Part shown: positions 7,867 to 17,803 of the stretch, piece after piece | How the letters are laid out: each line of letters opens with the position of its first letter | Numbering within the stretch: position 1 is the stretch's first letter | Origin: Trichodesmium erythraeum IMS101 | GTDB lineage: Bacteria > Cyanobacteriota > Cyanobacteriia > Cyanobacteriales > Microcoleaceae | Reading direction: 5' to 3' | NCBI RefSeq assembly: GCF_000014265.1 | Contig: NC_008312.1 | Location: forward strand, 5,040,001-5,072,000 | DNA: 32,000 bases | The notes under the pieces: generated by a model | What the model was told of the DNA's origin: nothing | The model's database searches: none | The model's input: only the letters and a program-made list of their open reading frames with translations | Program-made: the position numbers and the translations under genes

Positions 7867-9310
7867 TTAACAACGATTTGTCATGTGTTTTATATAATCC
7901 ATAAATATAGGTTTAACAATAAATAAAATCTGGCTTTTTTCTATGATTTTCTCTATCAAATTTCGTCTTTCTAAGGATAGTAATGTTTGAAATAATTCTG
8001 ATGATGATAATTGAGATTTTTCTAATAATTGGGAAAGTGAAACAGATTCTGCTGCTTGGCTAAGTTGGGATAGTAATTATTTTTCTAATTCAGACAACCT
8101 TTGAAAATGCTGCTGTAAAATATTAGTTAATTCATTATATAAAAAGAGCGGTTGATAACTTAAATATTGAGCTACGCTTCTACAAAATAAATTTTTGATT
8201 GTCTTTCCTAGTAATTTTAACCATTGGGGATTACTTTGATAGAAATTTATCAACTATTGCCATTTTTATTATCTAATAATACTTGATTTTTTTAGCATTT
8301 AATGATCTACCTTTTCTGTTAAAACAGTTAAATGAAATAAATGTACTGGTAAGTCTTTATCTGTAAAGTTGAAATTTTATAAATGTGTTTTTTAACTATT
8401 AAGAATTAAACAACTATTTTGAGTAAGTTAGTCGATAATTTCAAGTAGGTTTATATAGTTTTCAATTCTTGGTTTATAGTTACCGAAAAGTTGCTTACTT
8501 TTTAGTATTTTTTGTAGGTCATTGAGAATAATTAGACAACGCATCTCCCGTAATTTTTATATCAGCATTAACGTTTAGTAATAGTTTTCAATTCTTGGTT
8601 TATAGTTACCGAAAAGTTGCTTACTTTTTAGTATTTTTTGTAGGTCATCGAGCATAATTAGACAACGCATCTCCCGTAATTTTTCATCAGCATTAACGTT
8701 TAGTATCGGTGTTATTTGGGAGGTTTATTTCTGTTACGTTGGAGATAGTTTCAATTAAGTTTTTGAGGGTTATGTTTAGGGGTGGAGATGTGCGGAGGGT
8801 ATGCCAGATGATGTTGTCGAAATTAGATTCTATGTCAGGGATGAGATGACGAATAATGGTGCTTTTACTGACACCGCTTATTCCTGAAATGGCGATAAGA
8901 CGACAATGATGTTTGAGTATCCAGGTTTTGAGGGTAGTAAGTTCGCTGGAGCGATCGTAGAATGTTTTTTTGATATCTGGTGCGTCTCTGAGGTCTAGTT
9001 TTGGCAGTGGGATTTTATTTTTGTTTATTGTTTGTTTAGTGGGTAATTTTTGTTGGGTTTCTTCTAGAGATGTGGTGTTATCTATGCAGAAATTAATATT
9101 ACCTTTTGCATAATTACTTTATCCAAAATTAAATACACTTGAAACATGAGAAACTTGATATCTTTTCATCGCAGTGAGTAAATTTGACTTACGGATTTTT
9201 TCATTTAATTCCTGGGAAATAAGTTTTCATAAATTTGAAGTGAAATTATCAATATGAAATTTAGTGCAATGGTATTCTTGAGCAATATTTAAGTATTTTT
9301 CCCCTTCCAT
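7867..9310 (-). pseudogene. STAND-class NTPase (NB-ARC/NACHT-like) pseudogene, truncated before any repeat domain
   Basis: Minus-strand translation across several frames gives MEGEKYLNIAQEYHC...ISQELNEKIRKSNLLTAMKRY (N-terminal domain common in cyanobacterial NB-ARC-WD40 proteins). It continues FYDRSSELTTLKTWILKHHCRLIAISGISGVSKST (degenerate Walker A), then RCLIMLDDLQ (Walker B), then ...LKLLGKTIKNLFC..., ...QHFQRLSELEK..., ...LLSLERRNLIEK. Many stops and frameshifts. Confidence 0.6.
8455..8705. repeat. Head-to-tail tandem duplication, 126 + 125 bp, inside the STAND pseudogene
   Basis: 8455-8580 and 8581-8705 are nearly identical, with a few substitutions and one 1-nt indel. Read directly. 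Confidence 0.95.
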
Positions 9311-10038
9311 TGAAATAAATAACAAACTCGAAGTCTGCAACGAGTATAAAAATATGATCTATTTAGTTAGGGCAAAGTCTGAATTTTATCTAATAGCTGG
9401 AGATAGAAAGTATTGCTCTCCATACGGCTGAAGAATAACAGCATTAAAAGTTAGAGGATGGATTTCGATTTTCTTCTAAAAAATGTAAATTTTTTCTACT
9501 TTGTCATTAGGTCTTAAACGTCCAAAATATTCACAGTATTTAGGTATAGAAAGCTCTCTAGATATAAGGAATTATGACAATAAAACTTTTCCTCTACAAT
9601 ACATAACAAGTTATAAAAATTATAAATGAGCTAACACTAAAAAAACATCATTTTGTGTGAATAATCTAGGTTTTAATTTATATTCTAAAGGTCATCAAAT
9701 AGCAGGTCATAGCTGTCTTCGTAATAAACCTGAAGGTACATATCTTGTTATATTTAAGCCAGTTTTTTCTATTAAAAATTTGTGTCACTAATAAGGTTGT
9801 TAATTTATCTTCTAGAAATTATCAAAAAACAGAAACCATAATTTGTCCTGGTGATAATGTAAATAAAAAATCTGCCTTATATGAAGTGACGGACTTTGTT
9901 CAATTTGAGCAAGTTTATCCTTAGAAGGATAAAATAGTTTTTCACTAGATTTAGTTATGGTAGACAAATTTTTACGAACCTATATCAACAGCAAAATTTC
10001 TGATATTTGCCTACCCTAATTATTACTTTAATATCTAA

Positions 10039-10533
10039 TTACAAACACTTAATTGAACTAACCATTTCCACAAAAATTCTAATAATCTTTCTCGAATTTT
10101 TAATATAGTAATTCTCTGCATCAATAAACACTACATTCTTTTCCAATTTCAAAAATTTCCAAACATAACCAGTAGTCACTACACCATAAATAAAAGAAAC
10201 ATCTTTACCATCTTGTTTATTATATATTTCTACAGCAACCATTTCTGCAATACATTTTCCTAAAACACTAACAATATTTTCACTTTTAGCTTCTACAAGA
10301 ACAACTACAGGAGTATCTAAATATAATTGTTTCGGAGATTGACTAATAATAAAATCACAAAATTCATTCAACCCTTTATCCTTATCAACTGAGAAATCTA
10401 TACCAGAGAAAAAACTGATTTGAAGTTGTCTTTTAATCTCCAACAAAATATTAATAATTATTAATTCGGAACTAGCTTTTTCCGTAGCGATCGCTAAAGC
10501 AATAGGTACATTTTTCTTTAACGTCTCATCCAA
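10039..10533 (-). CDS. Small PD-(D/E)XK-like (HsdR-N / restriction-endonuclease-fold) protein; start uncertain
   Basis: 164-aa ORF. CDFIIS...VVVLVEAKSEN...GKCIAEMVAV...GVVTTGYVWKFLKLE fits a D...(E)xK core followed by the GxxQxxxxM-like helix of this cyanobacterial family. The only start is a TTG with no SD, and a stop lies 3 codons upstream, so it may be 5'-truncated. Confidence 0.5.
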   Translation of the reverse strand: MDETLKKNVPIALAIATEKASSELIIINILLEIKRQLQISFFSGIDFSVDKDKGLNEFCDFIISQSPKQLYLDTPVVVLVEAKSENIVSVLGKCIAEMVAVEIYNKQDGKDVSFIYGVVTTGYVWKFLKLEKNVVFIDAENYYIKNSRKIIRIFVEMVSSIKCL

Positions 10534-10751
10534 AAGATACTAATTTATACAGGTTCAACCTGAGAAAATAAATCTTCTGTTTCTATAATCTTTAAATTCA
10601 ACTCAGTTTTGACTTTTATATGACATTTTACCTATTCCTGATTTCCTAAATCAGAATTTTTTTATTAATTATCAATAATTTTATCTCGTAAATTCTACTC
10701 TTAATTACCCATAAAATTTCCTGTAAAAAAAATGCTGATTTATAACATTAT

Positions 10752-10812
10752 AAGAAACCGGGTTTATGACTATAATTACTCTTAGAAAATTTCTTCGTTC
10801 AACCCGGTTTCT
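10752..10812 (-). terminator. Long inverted repeat (AGAAACCGGGTT / AACCCGGTTTCT, 12-bp stem, 36-nt loop) 26 nt downstream of dapL
   Basis: Arms at 10753-10764 and 10801-10812 read directly. No clear U-tract, so the terminator function is tentative. Confidence 0.3.
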
Positions 10813-10837
10813 CTGTAAGTTAAGAGCGATAGCTTGT

Positions 10838-12073
10838 CTAAACTTTAAATTTCTCAGTTATCCGTTTCATCGCTTCATTAACATTTTCCCGACTATTAAA
10901 ACTAGAAATGCGGAAGTAACCTTCACCTGCAGCACCAAAGCCGGAACCGGGAGTTCCCACAACATTACAATTTTGCAACAGCTTATCGAAAAAATCCCAA
11001 CTCGACAAACCTGTAGGAGTCTGCACCCAAACATAAGGCGCATTTACCCCACCATAAACAGTTAAACCTGCTGCTTGTAACTGAGAGCAGATAATTTTCG
11101 CATTCTCTAAATAAAATTGGATCAACCCCTTAACCTGTGCTTTCCCTTCTTCGGAGTAAACTGCCTCTGCACCTCGCTGCACAATATAAGAAACTCCATT
11201 AAATTTAGTAGACTGGCGACGGTTCCACAATTTCCATAATTCTACATCGCTACCATCAGCAGCTTTCCCTTTCAGAGTTTTGGGTACGACAGTCAACGCA
11301 CAACGAGTACCTGTAAAACCAGCATTCTTGGAAAAGGAGCGAAATTCAATGGCACATTCTTTTGCTCCTTCTATCTCATAAATAGAATGAGGAAGACTGG
11401 CATCGGTAATAAATGCTTCGTAAGCAGCATCGAATAAAATAATGGCATCATTCGCTCTAGCATAATTTACCCATGTTTGCAAATATTCTTTAGTGGCAGT
11501 CGCACCAGTAGGGTTATTGGGAAAACACAAATAAATCAAATCTACCTTTTGAGTAGGAATTTCCGCAGTAAAATTATTTTCCGCTCTTATTGGTAAATAA
11601 ACTAAACCCTCATACTCCCCTTTCTCATTTACAGCACCAGTGTTACCCGCCATTACATTCGTATCTACATACACTGGGTATACTGGATCAGTCACCGCAA
11701 TAGTATTATTATTACCAATAATATCTAGAATATTACCACTATCACACTTAGATCCATCAGAAATGAAAATTTCCGAGGCATCAATATCACATCCTCGCCC
11801 CTGAAAATCTTGAGCAGCAATTTTTTCGCGCAACCAAGCATAACCTTGCTCTGGGCCATAACCCTTAAAAGTTGAGCGATCGCCCATTTCTGCTACAGCT
11901 TTAGTCATAGCCTGAATACAAGCTTTTGGCAATGGCTCAGTTACATCCCCAATACCCAATTTAATGATCTGGGCTTCCGGGTGTGCTTCAGCAAATGTAT
12001 TAACTCGTCTAGCTATTTCTGGAAATAAGTATCCGGCTTTAAGTTTGAGGTAGTTATCGTTAATTGTTGCCAT
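10838..12073 (-). CDS. dapL: LL-diaminopimelate aminotransferase
   Basis: 411-aa [27 protein letters not shown]...[13 protein letters not shown]... and the [14 protein letters not shown] (PLP-lysine region) are characteristic of DapL. Confidence 0.9.
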   Translation of the reverse strand: MATINDNYLKLKAGYLFPEIARRVNTFAEAHPEAQIIKLGIGDVTEPLPKACIQAMTKAVAEMGDRSTFKGYGPEQGYAWLREKIAAQDFQGRGCDIDASEIFISDGSKCDSGNILDIIGNNNTIAVTDPVYPVYVDTNVMAGNTGAVNEKGEYEGLVYLPIRAENNFTAEIPTQKVDLIYLCFPNNPTGATATKEYLQTWVNYARANDAIILFDAAYEAFITDASLPHSIYEIEGAKECAIEFRSFSKNAGFTGTRCALTVVPKTLKGKAADGSDVELWKLWNRRQSTKFNGVSYIVQRGAEAVYSEEGKAQVKGLIQFYLENAKIICSQLQAAGLTVYGGVNAPYVWVQTPTGLSSWDFFDKLLQNCNVVGTPGSGFGAAGEGYFRISSFNSRENVNEAMKRITEKFKV

Positions 12074-12126
12074 GGTAGATTAATAAAAGTCACCTGTAAC
12101 AGTATCTCAAATTATCCTAACCTTTG

Positions 12127-13260
12127 TTAATTAGGCAACATTACTTTTGGTTCTCGTAAAACCCAACCATTCAAACCAGTAATTTTTTCTGGTAATTCTT
12201 GCAGATGAACAACTCTCATCGTTTTCAGATCATAAGTAGTATAAAAACTCTGATTTAGTTCTAGGTTAATATCCAAAACAGTCAAAGTATTTCTAGGGGG
12301 TAAATTACTATTAAGTAAAACACGAGGTCCGCTACCTAAAGCACCAGTATGTAGCAATTTTAAATTACCCTTATAACCAGGAAAATAAGCATGATGATGA
12401 CCGCTAATATATAGATGTACATTATATTTTTCTAACAGGTTTTGTAACTTCTCAGTTTCAGTCAAAACATCACCAAACTTATTTTTACCAACTGCCACAG
12501 CATAGAGAGGTAAATGTCCCATGACAATTCTCATCTTTGCTGTTTGTGCTTGACTACTTGCCAGACTTTTTTTTACCCATTCTAATTGTTTAGTAGGAAT
12601 ATCAAATGTAGAAGCATCCCAAATTAAATAGAAAATTTCTTGATGAATAAAACTGTAATAAAAAGGAAATCCATCTGCTTCTAAAAAATTTATGTTTAAA
12701 TCATTTTTATGTTTTATCCAATAAATTTGTGCTTGTATACGTTCTTTTTCATACATATATCCATCCCCAGATTTTTTAAAATAACCAGAAGCATCATGGT
12801 TACCCATAGTCATACAAAAAGGTTGTTTAGCTTGACGTAATGGTTTCGCAATATAGCGATCAAAAGCTGACCACATATCTTCAATATTTTCTTCAGTAAG
12901 TGATAGTTTTTGTCCGGCAATCATATCACCTGCGCAAAGTAATAAATCTGGCTGCAATTCAGGAATTAGAGTCATAGTTTTTTCAACTTGTATTTGGTAA
13001 GTTGTAGAGCCATAACTACTGTTTAAATCGCTAATAACTACTAGTCGAACTTCTCCTCGCTTAGGGGCAAATATTCCTTTAGTAGCTGGTGCTGAAGGAG
13101 TAGGAATTTCTGAGGAATAAACAGGGGCATTTGCAGTAGTTTTAGAATTAACCTTTTTAAGCTTTGTAGTTGGAGTTTGCTGTAAATTATTGTAGGAATA
13201 AAAAGCTAATCCTAATCCGCTACTGAGAGAAATTAGGAAGTAACGACGGTTGAATTTCAT
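12127..13260 (-). CDS. Secreted (Tat-type signal) calcineurin-like metallophosphoesterase
   Basis: 377-aa ORF. N-terminal NRRYFLISLSSGLGLAF (twin-arginine motif). Metallophosphoesterase motifs: ISDLN, GDMIAG, GNHD, GHLP, GHHH. Confidence 0.8.
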   Translation of the reverse strand: MKFNRRYFLISLSSGLGLAFYSYNNLQQTPTTKLKKVNSKTTANAPVYSSEIPTPSAPATKGIFAPKRGEVRLVVISDLNSSYGSTTYQIQVEKTMTLIPELQPDLLLCAGDMIAGQKLSLTEENIEDMWSAFDRYIAKPLRQAKQPFCMTMGNHDASGYFKKSGDGYMYEKERIQAQIYWIKHKNDLNINFLEADGFPFYYSFIHQEIFYLIWDASTFDIPTKQLEWVKKSLASSQAQTAKMRIVMGHLPLYAVAVGKNKFGDVLTETEKLQNLLEKYNVHLYISGHHHAYFPGYKGNLKLLHTGALGSGPRVLLNSNLPPRNTLTVLDINLELNQSFYTTYDLKTMRVVHLQELPEKITGLNGWVLREPKVMLPN

Positions 13261-13845
13261 TTTTTTTTATTCAAAATTAATTGGCTTAATTGTTACCTAT
13301 CAATTCATAGTCTCAAAACTTTTACCGTACAGGAATTTCAAGAAAATATATCAAATCCTATAATCTCAGTCTCAAAAATGACAAACTCAGAAATGGGATT
13401 AGCCAACTTAATAAAAAACATAGAAAAACAAATCAATGGTTACTATAAATAATAGAATAGCCATAGTGCTAGGTAGAAAATTCACAAAAGAGTCAGATTA
13501 GCTAAAGTTCCTATAATTATTTATGCCAATATTTACCTATAAAAAGAAGTATTTTTTATGTTAAAATAATCTAACAAAACAACCATTTAAAAATCATCTT
13601 TCATTAATCAAATAAAATCAAGTAATACTTATTTATAGGAGAGTTGGTAATTACTTTTAAAAAATTTATATAGTTAAGCAATTTCTTTGGCTACTTTAAT
13701 AGTTAATTTAATGGTTAATTTAGTTGCACCAAAGTTAGTTTTCATCATCATTAACTTGTTTTTTAGTTCAGTATTAACGGTTTTAGGAACTAGAGAATTA
13801 GGATAGGAAACACAAAAATTATACCTATACTTCAGCAACTCCAAT

Positions 13846-14205
13846 TTAATGACTTTTTTTTCTGTTTATTTCAAACAATACTCCGATAAATGAGCCAAAT
13901 ATACCTCCAAATATAGCTCCCCAAAGAGGAATAAATAACGGACTTAAACAAATATAAACTTCCTCTAAGCCATCATCACAATTGAGAGGTTGAATTTTTT
14001 CACGAGCTACAATAAAAAAAATAACTGTCATTAAAAGTGAAGTGAAAGTAGCTACATTAAATACTCTCATTGTACACCTAGATTTGGTAATTAAGCCAGT
14101 AATTGCACCAACTACTCCTCCAGTAGTACCTCCAATAATAACACCTAAACAAGCACAAAAAACTGAAATAAACCATACAAAAATTACGGGAAGGATACTA
14201 CTCAT
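13846..14205 (-). CDS. Small hydrophobic membrane protein with glycine-zipper segments (function unknown)
   Basis: 119-aa ORF with an ATG start. About 4 predicted TM stretches, including GGTTGGVVGAITG and GAIFGGIFGSFIG. No recognisable family. Flanked by long ORF-free spacers. Confidence 0.45.
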   Translation of the reverse strand: MSSILPVIFVWFISVFCACLGVIIGGTTGGVVGAITGLITKSRCTMRVFNVATFTSLLMTVIFFIVAREKIQPLNCDDGLEEVYICLSPLFIPLWGAIFGGIFGSFIGVLFEINRKKSH

Positions 14206-14949
14206 AAAATTATCCTGATCTTTTTTACTAGATATTAATGGGGAGATTGGGGAATAGAGAAATTCATTAAGGGTGAGGTAAAATGAGCTGCGAGCAAGAT
14301 GCTTGAACTACAAAGGTTTTGCATTTTTATTTTATATACTAAATATACTAAAAACTGACTATTACCATGGAACCGAACTACAGGTAAAGATATAAAGTTT
14401 CCTGAAAAACTAATAATCAGAGCAATAAATTTTGTTTCTTAGTTTGGGTATATAAATCCTGAGGGTATCGTATTAAAAATATTTATTATTTTAACATAAT
14501 AACCCTCTATACCTTAATAGAATTTAAATATGATTCCAATTCCCAAAAATAACCCAAAAACTTGCTCAAAACTTGATTTATTAATCAGTAAGTAAGTAAG
14601 GGCAATTTTTTTAGGTATTTGACGCCAATAGCTAAAATATCTTATGTCAATTCCTATACATTAATCCTATACTTTAGGTACCACTTGAGTTATTAAATGA
14701 TTAACATAAGCAGAATAACTTTATTGTACGGTAAACTCTCTCAAATTATATTAATTTTTAAATATTCTACGGACATTTCATGAAGCTTTCATAATCTGGA
14801 GAGATCTAGTTTAAGAATAGGTAATCTCCTAAAGATATAGGTTGAAAAGTCTTTGCTCAATAATATTATTTTTTAACTATACTGTCTATTTCTTACTCCT
14901 GACTATCAATAAAATATAATAATACTTTTGATGTTTGTGATATTTCCAT

Positions 14950-14990
14950 AAAAAAATTAGTTGCTAGTGGAAAAATTTGTTACTAACAAC
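14950..14990 (-). terminator. Rho-independent terminator candidate for the ABC1 kinase gene
   Basis: On the minus strand: GTTGTTAGT-13 nt-ACTAGCAAC (9-bp stem with one G.U), followed by TAATTTTTTT. Lies 33 nt after the stop at 15023. Confidence 0.45.
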
Positions 14991-15022
14991 CAACTATTAA
15001 CTATTAACAAATCAATATCAAC

Positions 15023-17077
15023 CTAGGGTAAAAAAGCAGGTAAAGAAAGTTGAGGTTTAGTTTTTGATTGATGACTATTACCATCAGTATCAGGATGCTC
15101 CGGAGATAATAATAATTGACGAATCAAACGAGCAAGCGCCCGTTGAGTTAAACCACCTGCTACTTGTTGCCCCATCCTTTGCATCTCTGGTTTACCTAAT
15201 ATATTTGGTATCAACTGTACTAACTCCATAGCATCAAAACCAGGAGTATCTTGAATAATTTTCCAGATATTTTTAATATGTTCTGTTCTCTTTTCTTCTT
15301 GGGGATTTCTAGATGTAGCAATTGAAGTTTTTTCTACTTTTATACCTAACCACTTACTTACCTTAGTTCTGGCGTTAATCAATGTATTTATTGATGCCAA
15401 ATCCAGACCATTTATGAGCTCGTTAACTAAATGAACTCGAATAAAATCTCCCCGTTCAGATAATAAGAAATCTAGAGCTTGATCTAACACTTTGCTAATC
15501 TCATAATCATCACTATTACTAGCATTTTTTAAAAGATTTTCTAACCTATTCCAACGAAAATTGCCATCTTTAAAAAGTAAATCTTTTAGAGAATTTCTCA
15601 ACTCAGGAGAAGTGTCAGTTAATAAACGTTTAGCTACATAAGGATAAGCTTTACTCAATACTTTAAAATTAGGATCGACATTAATAGCAATACCTTCTAA
15701 AGTTACCAAAGAGCGAATAATCAAAGCATAATAAGCAGGCACACGGAATGGATACTCATACATTAAAGCCGATAATTGGTCTGTAATACTCTTAAAATTA
15801 AGTTCTGCCACACTTGCACCAAGAGCATTGTTGAAAACACCAGTTAATGCTGGAATAATAGGAGTTAAATCTGTTTCTGGAGTTAAAAACTCGAGCTTTA
15901 CATAATCCTGAGCTAAACCTTCAAAATCACGATTTACCAAGTGTACAATTGCCTCTAATAAACCATATCGCTGATAAGGTTTAACCTCACTCATCATGCC
16001 AAAATCTAGGTAAACTAATTTACCATCTGGACTTGCTAATAAATTACCAGGATGAGGATCAGCATGAAAAAAACCATGTTCTAATAGCTGTCTTAAAGAA
16101 CATTGTACACCAATTTCTATGAGATATTTCGCATCAATATTTTTTTCCTTTATAGCTTCCAAATTAGTTAGCTTAGTACCCGTTATCCACTCCATCGTCA
16201 ACACACGACGACCTGTATATAGCCAATAAATTTTAGGAATATAAATATCTTTCAGATGACCGTAGAGCTCTTTAAATTTTTCAGCATTTCGACCCTCTTG
16301 AGTATAATCCATTTCCTCAAATATTCGAGTCCCAAATTCATCCATTATAGCTACTAAGTCACTACGGAGTCGCTGAATATTTTTATTTGCCCAAATAGCT
16401 AATGTTCTTAATATATAAATGTCTAAAGCAATGCTTTCTGCTAAACCAGGACGCTGTACTTTTACTGCTACTATTTCACCTGTTTTTAATTTGCCTTTAT
16501 ATACTTGTCCAAGGGAAGCAGCAGCTATAGGATCTGGTGTTAATTCTGCGTAAACTTCTTTTGGAGGAAAACCTAATTCTTCTTCTATAAAATGATAGGC
16601 TACTTCATTGGGAAAAGCAGGTAATTGGTCTTGTAATTTGGTCAACTCATCCAAATATACTGGAGAAGCTAGATCTGGTCGAGTAGATAGAGCTTGTCCT
16701 ACTTTAATAAAAGCAGGACCCAGATTTGTTAAAATTCCTCTTAACCAGATTGCCCTTTTTCTTTCATTTTTAGCGGCGTTACCAGTAACTTTGTCCAACC
16801 ACCAGTTAAAAGCAAATAAGACAAAGGTCCATAATATATCTATTCGTCGTTTCCAGACTTGCAAAGGACGTTTACTGTAAAAGGCTGTAATTACTTCTGG
16901 ATCATAACGTGGGGTATTTGTATTACTTTCTGCTGTCTGAGTCGAACTTTGAGACTTAAGGGTATCTCTATCTATATTTTTTAGTTGCATTGCCTCAACT
17001 TCTAATATGTCTAATTTTTGGCTACTTGAATTGAAGTCTTCTTGGTGAGCTCCAGATGATATTGTTTCTAAATTCAT
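15023..17077 (-). CDS. ABC1/UbiB (AarF) atypical kinase family protein
   Basis: 684-aa ORF. FIKVGQALSTRPD, PIAAASLGQVYKG..VAVKVQRP, HADPHPGN and DFGMM are the hallmark ABC1 kinase motifs. Confidence 0.88.
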   Translation of the reverse strand: MNLETISSGAHQEDFNSSSQKLDILEVEAMQLKNIDRDTLKSQSSTQTAESNTNTPRYDPEVITAFYSKRPLQVWKRRIDILWTFVLFAFNWWLDKVTGNAAKNERKRAIWLRGILTNLGPAFIKVGQALSTRPDLASPVYLDELTKLQDQLPAFPNEVAYHFIEEELGFPPKEVYAELTPDPIAAASLGQVYKGKLKTGEIVAVKVQRPGLAESIALDIYILRTLAIWANKNIQRLRSDLVAIMDEFGTRIFEEMDYTQEGRNAEKFKELYGHLKDIYIPKIYWLYTGRRVLTMEWITGTKLTNLEAIKEKNIDAKYLIEIGVQCSLRQLLEHGFFHADPHPGNLLASPDGKLVYLDFGMMSEVKPYQRYGLLEAIVHLVNRDFEGLAQDYVKLEFLTPETDLTPIIPALTGVFNNALGASVAELNFKSITDQLSALMYEYPFRVPAYYALIIRSLVTLEGIAINVDPNFKVLSKAYPYVAKRLLTDTSPELRNSLKDLLFKDGNFRWNRLENLLKNASNSDDYEISKVLDQALDFLLSERGDFIRVHLVNELINGLDLASINTLINARTKVSKWLGIKVEKTSIATSRNPQEEKRTEHIKNIWKIIQDTPGFDAMELVQLIPNILGKPEMQRMGQQVAGGLTQRALARLIRQLLLSPEHPDTDGNSHQSKTKPQLSLPAFLP

Positions 17078-17803
17078 AAAATTTTAGAAAAATTTAACAA
17101 TGTCATTAAATATTGTAACAACATCCCTACCTTTTCATGGAAGTTAAAAGTTAAAAGTAATACTTTATACCACAAGTCACAAAAAAGAATGTACATCCAA
17201 TCAATAAGAAAAGCTGATTGATCAAGTAAATATTAAAAAGCTGAATTCCTTTTATACTTATTATTTTACGAGTTATCGTCCAGTTAGACCAAAATTACTC
17301 AAAGCGAAGATAGTTATATCTATCCCGATCTCCCTTTTTTTCAACAAGATTTATTCCAACTTCAGTATGACCTGAGTTTGTTATAAATCAATTTCCTACC
17401 ATTTGTAACAAACATTTAGAACTACTTGGCATGACAGGCTTGAAATTCTGTAAAACAGTATTTCAAATTTAAAAGTAACAGGTAAAATCAAGTTTTTTTT
17501 GCCTCAAATTCAATAAGAAATACCAATGATTTTAGATTTTGATTTATTATAAAAAAAACTATTAATGAACTTGATTATCGACTGGCTTATTCTCCTTGTG
17601 GGGATATAAATTTCTCGTGTGGGAAATTCGTGGTGTTGCTCCATGATTGAATTATGCTTGCTTGAATACTCATTGAGCATTTCCATAAGGAGACACCATA
17701 ACTTTTTACTTAGATATACTGGCAGCAGTTAATTAGTTGTTGATTTCATTCTAATGCTATAATTAAAATAAACCATATTAAATAAACATAATATTAATTA
17801 TAA

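Noticed and set aside
8455-8705. Repeat pair considered as a possible CRISPR-like array
   Set aside because: There are only two copies, about 125 bp long, directly abutting with no spacers. They lie inside a recognisable (decayed) coding sequence, so this is a tandem duplication.
10638-10664. Plus-strand terminator-like hairpin (CTGATTTCCTAAATCAG followed by AATTTTTTT) in the leader of the PD-(D/E)XK-like gene; possible antisense small RNA end
   Set aside because: It is not conserved in the paralogous leader at about 5600-5650. The stem is A/T-rich and only 7 bp, and no promoter or other support is visible. Kept only as a note.
10766-11065. 99-aa plus-strand ORF overlapping the dapL 3' end
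   Set aside because: Mostly antisense to dapL. It begins inside the inverted repeat, and the translation has no motifs.
16608-16880. 90-aa plus-strand ORF
   Set aside because: Antisense to the ABC1 kinase CDS, with no supporting features.
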